Both the position numbers and the translations under genes were made by a program. The notes under the pieces were generated by a model, which saw only the letters and a list, made by a program, of their open reading frames with translations, made no database searches and was not told where the DNA came from. A stretch of DNA of 61,671 bases from Lama guanicoe. Its lineage: Eukaryota. The stretch is taken from contig MU053934.1 of the NCBI GenBank assembly GCA_013239625.1, positions 7,272,399 to 7,334,069 on the forward strand, read 5' to 3'. Below are positions 1 to 11,400 of the stretch, piece after piece; positions within the stretch are counted from its first letter, which is position 1, and every line of letters begins with the position of its first letter.

Positions 1-749
1 GAATGATGCTTTTTAAATGCATCAACATTACTTTCCCTATGCCAGCTGCCTGGGCACCTGCGCTCATAGATGGTAACAAACCAACAGGCCTGAGAACTGA
101 GGGTCCTTGCATTATTCATGTCACACTTGTTCATCCCACAAATGTCTGCCCTCTATTATATGCCAGCACAAAGCTAAGAACTGTGGATTCCAAGGTAAAT
201 GGCAGTCCCTGCCCTTCACCTCACCTAGCTCCAGGCCCAGTGGGAGAAGACCAGCAGGTAGTCAGCCAGTCAGGCCATCCATGAGAAGCACTGACACAGG
301 TGCAGACTTTGCACTCTGCAGGCCCAGGGGCAGGATGCCTTAAAGTAGGGAGAGGGGGATGAAGCTAGAGCTGAGTTTTGAAGGCTGAGTAGAAGTTTAG
401 CAGGCAAAGGTGAGAAGAAAGGACATTTACAACAGATGTAACAGGATTTATGGAAAGCACACGTGAGGAGGGAAATACACAAGAAGTTCAGTATGGCAAG
501 AGATGAGGTTGAAGAGGTAAGCAGGGACAGATCACAAGTGTGGATTCTACTGTGATGGCAACAGGGAGCCATTAAAGAATTTTAATCTGGTCAAACAGCC
601 CAACTGCTCTCTACTGCTGATAAGGAAATAAAGACTTAGAAGTGAGAGCCCCATCAATTTTGTTTCATAAGAGTTAAAAAAAATGTTAAACAAAATCCCT
701 TCCCCAACATTCAGTAATGGAAATCATGGCCCAAAGACTTCTTACATCT

Positions 750-885
750 GGCCTTCTCTGTGCCTCAGTTTCCTCATCTGTAAAATGGGCTGCAGCCACT
801 CCATGGGGTTGTTGTGAGGACTAAGTGGGTAATACACTAAAGGGCTGAGAGCAGAGGAAAAGCTCCACGGCTGTTAGGTGCTGGT
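750..885 (+). mobile_element. MIR SINE fragment
   Basis: Core ctctgtgcctcagtttcctcatctgtaaaatggg...gttgtgaggactaa. Similar cores lie near 9650, 13500, 22700, 54560 and 58100. Confidence 0.8.
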
Positions 886-1624
886 CATGGTACTGGTAGT
901 ACTAGTACTACCAGTACCAGCCAAACGTGAGGCACGACAACTGCCCAGGGGTCAGAAAGCAGACAACGATCTTACCGCCCCCTGTGAAGCTGCTGCATAG
1001 TGGTACAGGGGTGGAGCCCTTTCGAGCGCCTTTGTGACTGAAGAGAAAAGAATAAACACCCATTCCCTGCACTTGGGGTCATAAAGGTGAGCTGAGAGGG
1101 ACCAGGGACACACAGTGGAGCCACATTCCCTCAGTCTGATGACAGGTGACACTGCTGCCAGCACACATGGATGGGAATGGCTCCTTCCACCTTCTTCAGC
1201 TGTAGGCACATCCCCAGCCTAGGTATATCCCCACCCACCCAGGCACAGAAGGTTTATTGTCCCCTCATCTCTCTGTACTTGGCAGGCCTCCAGTCACGGC
1301 TGGAAATGAGACACTACCCAGAACTTACCTACAAGAAAGTCCTTAAAGCCTCTGTGCTCCGGGCTCTGGAGGGCCCAGAGTAGAGGAAGAGATATGGGAT
1401 CCCAGCAGGCATCTCCCAGCCCCTTACTCATACGGCAGCCTGTGAAAGCACCTCTGTTGTCAAGGGACTTAAGACACACATGAAATAAAGAGAAAGCCAG
1501 GCTATCTGAAACTGATGAGAACAGGACCAACAGTCATAAGAGGGAAGAGATCTGCGTGCCTAGAACCACAATCCCCAGACCTTTGGATTTCACTAACTAC
1601 AAATCCCACCCCCCAAACTTGAAG

Positions 1625-2845
1625 CACTTTTCAACAAATAGTACTGAAAAAATTGGACATCCACGGGCAAACAAATGAACTTCAATCCACACCTTACACC
1701 ACACACAAAAAATAACTCAAAATGGATCATAGAACTAAATGTAAAGCCTAAAACTAGAAAATCTGTACAAGAAAATATGAGAAAACATTTGTGACCTTGG
1801 TTAGGCAAAGATTTTAGCTATGACACCAACCAAAAAAGCACAAACCACAGGAGAACAAACCGACTTCATCAAATTTTTTAAATTTCTGCTCTTCAAAAGA
1901 CACTGTCAAGAGATTGAAAAGACAAGCTACAGACTGGGAGAAAATGCTTGCAAATCATGTTTCATAAAGGACTTGTATTCAGAATATATAAAGAAATCTC
2001 AAAGCTAAGTGACAAACAACCCAATGTTTTAAATGGGCAAATGATTTGAAGAGATAGGTCACCAAGGAAGATATACAGACAGCAAATAAGCACATGAAAA
2101 GATGCTTAACATCACTGGTCACTAGGGAAATGCAAATTAAAAGCAAGTGAGACACCACTACAGCTCTACCAAAGTGGCAAAAGTTTAACACTGTCCATAC
2201 CAAGTACTGGCAAAGACATGGAGGAACTGGGATTCTCACATGCTGCTCGTGAGAATGTAATATGGTACAGCACTTCAGAAATAGAAAATAGTTTGACAAT
2301 GTCTTAAAAAATTAAATGAACACTACCATATCACCCAGCCATGCTACCCAAGAGCTATGATAGCATGTGTCCATACAAAGACTGGTATCCAAATGTTCAT
2401 GGCAGCTTTCTTTGTAATAGCCTCAAAAACTATAAATAGTCCACATGGCCACCAATAGGTGAGTGGATAAACAAACTGGCCATATCCATACACTGGGTTA
2501 AAAAGAATGGAATATTAGTATATGCTGCAACATAGATGAATCACAAAACAATTTTGCTGAGTGAAAGCCAGACCAAAAAAAAAAGTATGATTCCATTTAT
2601 GTAAAATTCTGAAAATGTAAACTAATCTATAGTGACAGAAAGCAGATCAGCAGTTTTCTGGGAGCAGTGAGGGGTGGGCAGAGGGACTACAAAGTAGCTC
2701 AGGAAAACTTTTGGGGGCGATAGATATGCTCATTATCTTCATTGTGGTGACAGTTTAATGGGTGTGTTTATGTGTCAAAACTTATCAAGCTGTATACTTT
2801 AAATATGTGCAACTTATTGCCTGTTAGTTACACTTAATAAAACTT
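1625..2845 (+). mobile_element. Ancient L1M (L1MC/MD-like) ORF2 3' end and 3'UTR, decayed
   Basis: Degenerate L1 motifs (aaataactcaaaatggatcatag; aagcacatgaaaagatgcttaacatcac; tgtatactttaaatatgtgc...aataaa) with many stops. Confidence 0.8.
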
Positions 2846-2902
2846 CAAAATTTTGGAGAATGACATGAGGATAACTTTTCATTTTGTCAAGTAAGAATAC
2901 TC

Positions 2903-5455
2903 ATCAATGTAATACATCACATCAACAAGAGAAAGGACAAAAACCACATGATCATCTCAATCGATGCAGAAAAAGCATTTGATAAAATTCAACACCCATT
3001 TATGATAAAAACTCTCGCCAAAGTGGGTATAGAGGGAACATATCTCAACATAATAAAAGCTATATATGACAAACCTATAGCCAGCATAGTTCTCAACGGT
3101 GAAAAACTCAAAAGCTTCCCACTAAAATCTGGGACAAGACAAGGATGCCCACTATCACCACTCCTATTCAATATAGTCCTGGAAGTCCTAGCCACAGCAA
3201 TCAGGCAAGAGAAAGAAATAAAAGGGATCCAAATTGGAAAAGAAGAGGTAAAAGTGTCATTATATGCTGACGACATGTTACTATATATAGAAAACCCTAA
3301 AAGGTCCACAAAAAAGCTACTAGAGCTGATCGAAGAATTCAGCAAGGTAGCAGGTTACAAAATTAATGTTCAAAAATCAGTTGCCTTTCTTTACACTAAC
3401 GATAAATCAACAGAAAAAGAAAGTAAAGAAACAATCCCCTTTAAAATAGCACCCAAAGTAATAAAATATCTGGGAATAAATCTAACCAAGGAGGTGAAAG
3501 AATTATACACAGAAAACTATAAACCATTGATGAAGGAAATTAAAGAAGACTTTAAAAAATGGAAAGATATTCCATGCTCTTGGATTGGAAGAATCAATAT
3601 TGTTAAAATGGTCACACTGCCCAAGGCAATCTACAGATTTAATGCAATCCCTATCCAATTACCCAGGACATATTTCACAGAACTAGAACAAATCATAATA
3701 AAATTTATATGGAACCATCAAAGACCTAGAATTGCTAAAGCATTACTGAAGAGAAAGAAAGAGGCTGGAGGAATAACTCTCCCAGACTTCAGACAATACT
3801 ATAGAGCTACAGTCATCAAGACAGCATGGTATTGGTACCAAAACAGACATATAGACCAATGGAACAGAATAGAGAGCCCAGAAATGAACCCACAAACTTT
3901 TGGTCAACTCATCTTCGACAAAGGAGGCAAGAATATACAATGGAATAAAGACAGTCTCTTCAGCAAATGGTGTTGGGAAAACTGGACAGCAGCATGTAAA
4001 ACAATGAAGCTAGAACACACCCTTACACCATATACAAAAATCAACTCAAAATGGATTAAAGACTTAAACATAAGACAAGATACAATAAACCTCCTAGAGG
4101 AAAACATAGGCAAAACATTATCTGACATACATTTCAAAAATTTTCTCCTAGAAGAAATAAAAGCAAGAATAAACAAATGGGACCTAATGAAACTTACAAG
4201 CTTCTGCAGAGCAAAGGAAACCAGAAATAAAACAAGAAGAAAACCTACGGAATGGGAGAAAATTTTTGCAAGTGAAACCGACAAAGGCTTGATCTCCAAA
4301 ATATATAAGCAGCTCATACGACTCAATAAGAAAAAAATAAACAACCCAATCCAAAAATGGGCAGAAGACCTAAACAAGCAATTCTCCAAGGAAGACATAC
4401 AAATGATCAAAAAGCACATGAAAAAATGTTCAATATCACTAATTATCAGAGAAATGCAAATCAAAACTACAATGAGGTATCACCTCACACCAGTCAGAAT
4501 GGCCGTCATTCAAAAATCCAAAAATGACAAATGCTGGAGAGGCTGTGGAGAAAGGGGAACCCTCCTACACTGCTGGTGGGAATGCAGTTTGGTGCAGCCA
4601 CTATGGAAAACAGTGTGGAGATTCCTCAAAAGACTAGGAATAGACTTACCATATGACCCAGGAATCCCACTCCTGGGCTTGTACCCAGAAGGAAATCTAC
4701 TTCAGGATGACACCTGCACCCCAATGTTCATAGCAGCACTATTTACAATAGCCAAAACATGGAAACAGCCTAAATGTCCATCAACAGGTGACTGGATAAA
4801 GAAGAGGTGGTATATTTATACAATGGAATACTACTCAGCCATAAAAACCGACAACATAATGCCATTTGCAGCAACATGGATGCTCCTAGAGAATGTCATT
4901 CTAAGTGAAGTAAGCCAGAAAGAGAAAGAAAAATACCATATGAGATCGCTCATATGTGGAATCTAAAAAACAAAAACAAACAAACAAACAAAAACAAAGC
5001 ATAAATACAGGACAGAAATAGACTCATGGACAGAGAATACAGACTTGTGGTTACCGGGGGGGTAGAGGGTGGGAAGGGATAGACTGGGATTTCAAAATTG
5101 TAGAATAGATAAACAAGATTACACTGTATAGCACAGGGAAATATACACAAAATGTTATGATAAATCACAGAGAAAAAAATGTGACAATGAGTGTGTATAT
5201 GTCCATGAATGACTGAAAAATTGTGCTGAACACTGGAATTTGACACAACACTGTAAAATGATTATGAATCAATAAAAAATGTAAAAAAAATGTAAAAAAA
5301 AATAAATAAATAAATAAATAAAAGCAAAAGGAATGCGTTACTGGTGCCTTCAATTTCCAGTCATATTTTTAAAAGTCATTTGAAGAGTTCTTTCTCACTT
5401 ACTGCTAAACAAACAATATCTTTCATTAAATGCCAAATACAAATGAAAAAAAAAA
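2903..5455 (+). mobile_element. Young 5'-truncated LINE-1 (ORF2 RT and C-terminal part, 3'UTR, A-tail) plus a 3'-transduced segment and second poly(A)
   Basis: Open 672-aa ORF2 fragment; L1 AATAAA at 5271; A-rich tail to 5323; TSD AAGAATACTCA at 2893-2903 and 5456-5466. Confidence 0.95.
2948..4966 (+). pseudogene. L1 ORF2 fragment (reverse transcriptase and C-terminal CCHC domain); stop-free but lacking the endonuclease domain, ORF1 and promoter
   Basis: Motifs [24 protein letters not shown] and [18 protein letters not shown]. Confidence 0.93.
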
Positions 5456-8400
5456 AAGAATACTCAGTAAAAGCTACCAGCTCATATTGCCAACACCAAA
5501 AGAAAAGACATTTTAAAACTAAAAGATACAAAGGTTACAATCTTATACTAAAAGAGAGCCCTTCCCAAGAAAAGGCAGTTGCTAACCTTAACATATAAAA
5601 ACTACACTGCCATTTTTTTTCACATTGGTGAGAACACCGGTTCAGATCAGCTTTTCTGACCCTCTGGGCTGGGGACACCACCATCCTCAGGCAGCTCCCA
5701 AGCTCTTCTCCATCTCTAACCTGGCAGTCACTTCTGAAGGGGCAGCACTCCAGCTCCAGCAGCACTGGGACGCTCATGTGTACCGTGGGACACTGCAGCT
5801 AGGGCAGTGACCCAAGACACTGTGTCCGTCCCCTCCCAGAGAACAAAAAGTCACAAGAAAAATGTGCCCTGAAAGGTTCCTGGAGCCCTGCTTTGCAGCT
5901 GCTGAAGTGAACTGGCTTGTTTCAGGAAGAGCTATTTACCCTCGAGCTAGACTATCTGCGCTTTGCTGCAAAGAAGTTTTATATGACAATGTCAAAACTG
6001 TTCACTGGGAATCTTCCAGGCTAAAATCCATGGATAAAGTGAAAACAAAATATGAGCTCTAAAAAAGATCGTGATGTAGACTGGAATCCTTCTGACACTG
6101 TGCCAGAAAGCTAACAAAATTGAAAAAACCTCAATCAACCAAGTCCTAGAAGGAGACTGTGGGTAAAATAACACAGTGCAAGTAATCCTCCTCCAGGGTG
6201 GCTGGTTTAATGCCTAGAACACTGAGCAGCGGACAGGCCTGCTATTGAATCCACCTCCCCAAGCCCCAACTGTCAGACAAGGAAGGATACCTCCAAGCTC
6301 TGCAGGGTGTCATGAGCAGCAGAGATGGCATGGGACAAGTGCATTCAATAAATAAGTGCAGACTTTGTTATTTCAAGAAGCCAAATACACAATGAATCCA
6401 AAGCAGTGTTCTGCACCACAAGGACCCCCCAGTACGCTCATGGGAACGCCCCACCCTGCACACCCACGCTCCATCCACACACACACTGTGCACACAGGCA
6501 CCATTCGGCCACCTCTCAGCCACAGGTATGTGTACATGACAGCACAGTCCTCCCTCAGTGGGACACAGCCAGGGAAGAAGCCCAAACAGGTCTCACACCT
6601 GGACTAGGGTTCCTGGGGCAGAGGATTCCACGGCCACTATCCCTGGGCAAGGTCTAGAAAGGGGAGGCATGAGTTTCAGGTAGGGACAACCCTTGGCTCT
6701 CAGATTCCTCACCCTGACGGGGGGAGAGTCGCACTGGAAGAGGGCCCAGGGCAGGAGTCCCAGCGACACACCCACCCTGGTGCCACAGCCCCACAGCCAC
6801 AGAAAGAAGCCACAACAGCTGCCTTCTCCAACCCACCCCGCTCAGAAAGCCTACAGGTTCTCTCTTGTCAGCCACCTCCATACCCCCATCCCCCATCTCC
6901 ATCTTACTGGGCTTCAAAGCTAGAATCCTCCTACCCTGCCTCACTCTTCAGATTGGAAACTCCATTTAGAATGTCTCCGGGACTCTCTTAGGGCTTGACT
7001 TCCAACAATCACCCCCTGGTCACACAACAAAGGAACACCTTCCCCGCCCCCTCAGCCTTGGGGCTCCTCCAGACACAACTGCCCAGGAAGAATGGCTGGA
7101 AACTGCAATATCAGACTAGCACTGAGCCAGACCCACAGTCCAACTGTTCCTCCATGACGTGAGATGACTATAGAGAAACTTAGAGAAACACCCTGGCATT
7201 TAGTCATGCTTCAAAATAACTCTAAAGGTGCAGTTTTGTGTTGACATGAAGTTGTGGCACGCCTTAGAACGAAGCAGAGATACAAAGTTATTAAGTGTAA
7301 ATAAAGAACTAGCAGCTGTTGATGCCAGGAGGATGGCAACTTGCAAACTTCTAGTCAGAATAATGATTCTGTTATGTCAGGGGCTGAGTCAAGATCACAA
7401 ATACTGTTTCGTTCCACCCTCTGCAGAGGATACAAATTTTTTTAAAGCAACTTTTCAGGAAGTTACTCTGTTCATTGGGTAGTGCCTTAAAAATTAAAAC
7501 AAGAAAACAATTGTCTTGTGTGGAAAAACCACTGTGCATATAAATCTCCTCAGCCAAGTACTACATAATGTGTACTATAAATGTCACTCATGAGGCAATT
7601 ATTTGGGCTGAGGATGGAATTATGCAATTTTGCTAACAGACACACACACACACACACACACTCTATATATAGTAACTTCAAGCGTCTGTAATGTCTACCA
7701 TGTAGAGACCTGAAAGCTTGTTCCATTCATCTTCCCATCCCTGAGCAAGGCAATTTGCTATCACAGTCAGGTAAAAAATTAAATTTCTGACTGCTAAAGG
7801 AACCAGACAGAATGGACATGTCCAGGACAAAATGATCACACACTTTTTGCTGCCTTTTCTGATGATATCCTCAGGACTGGCTTGCTGAACTCCACAACCC
7901 CAAGCTGCACGCTGATTGAAAAGCACCACACTTCCTAGCTCTGATGGCTGTCACTTAATCTCGCTAAGGCCAGCTTTCCACCTGTGAAGTTGTCATAAGG
8001 ATAAGTGTAACCGTGCATGGAAAAGTAGAGCTGGTAGGTACAGCACACTCAACAAACATTAAATTTTTAAAAATCTTCATGACAATGATGGTGATACCAA
8101 AAACCCGTTCAGGAAGGTGAAAGTCGGAAGGGAACTGGGAGGTAGGCAGTGAGCCTAGCCCACGCAGGCAGGATGAGGCCTGGATGCTCCGGCCCACCAG
8201 GCTGGCCTTCCCTCCACACAGGACACGAGTTATCTAACCATGGTCTGTCTCCCCTGACTGGAATGTAAAGTCTTCACCTATTGTGTTCCTGCTGCAAACT
8301 CAGTGCCTAGAACTGTGCCTGGCACGTGACAAAAGTTCAAATATTTGTTCAATATTGAATGGGCATTTATGAACCTGTCAGAATTGCATGCAAAAATGCT

Positions 8401-11400
8401 TGTGTCCATTGAGGGAAGGGGAGATCTATTTCATGAAACTCAGAAGGAGATCTGAGAGCCAAAGACAGGTCAAGAAACATAGTGCTGAGTTTCAACCACG
8501 TATCTCAGAACACCAATGACCAAGGTTAGGTGGAATCAGCAGAAAAATTACACAGCAAGATCTAACAAAGAGGAGAGCTTTCCTAGAAAACAGAAGGCTT
8601 CTCAGGGGCCAACCACCATGCAACCAGCAGCTTACAGGGCAGGCCCCAGCCTTTAAGTCTGTGGTTTGGATTCGGGAACATACTTTGCAACTAGAGCCCC
8701 AAGTTAAGGAGGAAGCAGGAAGTTATTGAACTAAAAAAAAAAAAAATCACTCTGCACCAGGAAGGCACCCTAGAAGAGTCTAGCGAGGGTGAACCAGAAT
8801 CAGTGCCTCAGAGAATTGAGGGATCCAGCAGATTCCTTCAAGACCCCTCAGATGTAAAGCACCTTCTTTGCTCCCAAGGAGATTTTAGACACTTCTGTTT
8901 GAACCTGGTATGGATTCTGAGCTCCCAGTCTTGCTTCCAGGTTACAACTCAGCCCAGCCACACTGAGGACTCTATCTCCCCAACATGCCTGACCCTTGAG
9001 AAGGCATGCAGATGCCAAACAGACAGAAGGACATACACCAAAGTACAGGGCAAGAAAAGGGAAACAATAAACATCTACTGAACCCTACCCCAAAAAGGAT
9101 CCATTGTTAAAACTAACAAGGCCCTTTGATACCTGGATGAGAGCACTTTCAGCGTTCAATGACCGATGGAATCAAGGTGATAAAAGGTTACTATATACTC
9201 AAGCTTTAAAATTAATTGGTATTTTACTAATCAAATCACAGCATCATTTTTATAAAGAATCGATATTTTGTGTGTCTGTGTGTCTTTGTGTGTGTACAAG
9301 GGCATTTAAAAAAAAATCTATCTACAAAGCACACTTGGTAGGTACAGCCCTGAGCCAGCAGTCCCTTTGTAATCATCCTCTAAGCTCCTGGAGAACCAGG
9401 GGCCCTGTGGGGAACCACCAATGCACTGAACAGAGCACTTCAAGGCAGATCTGGGCCTGGGGAGTTATTAAGCTTCTGTGAGCCTGTTTCCTCAACTGTA
9501 AAGGGGGAATCAAAGAGTCATGTGGCAGGACAGTCGGGAGGCTTGGAGGTACACAATGGCTGCACTAAACGATGCTCTCTAAGTGCAGCACTGTCCCAAC
9601 CAAGGACAGGACACACATTCATCCAGTCGTCACAACAGTCTTGTCATTATCCCCATTTTAGAGGTGAGGTAACTGAGGCACAGAGAGATGCAGAAACTTG
9701 CCCAAGGACCCACAATAAATTGCAGAACTGGGTAACCTGCCTGCAGAGTTCCTTACATAACAAACTTGCTACATACACCTGCAGAACAGGACACCAGACT
9801 GTCCCATGACCAGAACTCAGCAGGGTTTGTCCCTGACACACTGCTCCCAGAAGGCTCTCCCACAGGGGAAAGCAACCTGGGACCAGGTCAGGGCCCCAAA
9901 AGCCAGCCCTCCATCAACAGCAGGAGTCTGCAGAGGGACCAGGGAGCAGGACTTCGCAGCCACTGTGGATGCTGCCAATTTGCCACCTCCACTCTCCTCC
10001 TACCTACCCCTCAGGAGTTCCGAGGGAGCGACAGAGTTCACTTTGTGAGAGTAGACCTCCAATTCTTCCAATCACACTAACATTCAGTTTTTGTAAGACA
10101 AGGATTTAAAGGTTTGTGGGTTTTTTCCCACTACCTCTTTACTTATTAGTTAAGAGATTATGTTATTTTCAACTATTTCTAAATTTCACAAACCTGCAAG
10201 TTCCTGGTGGAAGTTACAGACAAAAATGCACAGGTTCGAAGTAGCAATTCTGGAGATGAGCACACACAAACAGACAAAAACCTTCAAGGGTGACTTGTCT
10301 GAGCTTTAAAAGGAGACAATGAGATAGCCCAGCCCAGCCCACCTGCAGTCAGGCAACTTCAGATCCACACCTGCAAGAGCAAGAAAGGAAGAAAAAAATC
10401 CAAAACAAAATAACCAAAGTCTGGAACTTACTATACCAACCACTTCACTCAGTTTTCATAAAAGAAGGCATCCTGCAGCACTCCAATGATTCAATCAAGC
10501 CATTTCCCCCATGACTTCAGTGTGGCCAGGACTACCCCTCTGGCCCCACTGCAAGGCCCTTTCTCTGTGCGACTCTCAGGCAAGGCCTAGCTCTAGGCTC
10601 CAGCAACCTGCCCCAGTTCTAAGAAGCAGAAGAAATGATGGAACAAAATGCACTTGTCCAACCCAGAGTAAAGCTGGGGTCAAGGGCTGCTAAGGAACCG
10701 TGCCTTATGGTCCAAAGGTCCATGTCCTGAAATAAAGTAGCCCCATTCCATTCCATGCCACGCCCTGCCAAGCTGGGGCAGCTGGGCAGAGATTTCTCAG
10801 GAAATAAAACGGGAAGCGTGGAAAGGACAAAGGGAAGCTAAGAGCATGTGTCTCTGGGGCTCGGCAGTTACCACCCAGCTTAGTTGAGAAGCCATAACGA
10901 TGCCTTGGGACCCCCATCCAGCATCTACCAGAGCCTTCATCACACATACAGCCAACAGCTCAGCCAGCTGCCTAGGCAACAGCCAACTTAGACATGTTTA
11001 GGCATCTGTGGAAACCAGGGCAAAGTACAACTTCCATGCCTGTAATAAAAACACAGACTACCAAGCACAAAGCAAAGCATTACTCTAAAATTTGGGTTTA
11101 TTGACAGAATAAACAGGGGTGGAAAGGGGAAGCAGGAAATAGGCAGCACCTGGCTGAACCAATGCAATCAAACTAGCCCTACAGTGCTGGCGTCAAAACC
11201 CACTGTGCCTGAGAAACAAAACTCTCGTTATGCTCCTGTGTTGTTTGTGATTATTTCCTCTACGTCTACCTTATTATGTAGTAATGTCTTTTTGTTTTGT
11301 TGTGAATCTCAGCCTTTCTTAGCTAGGATAAGAGGAACCAAGAAAAGAGGACCTTTTGCCCACGATGAGGCCAGAGAACTACAGAGGAAGCAGCCTCCTA

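Noticed and set aside
2948..4966. 672-aa ORF as a domesticated or host gene
   Set aside because: It is a 5'-truncated L1 ORF2 with no promoter. Recent insertion explains the open frame.
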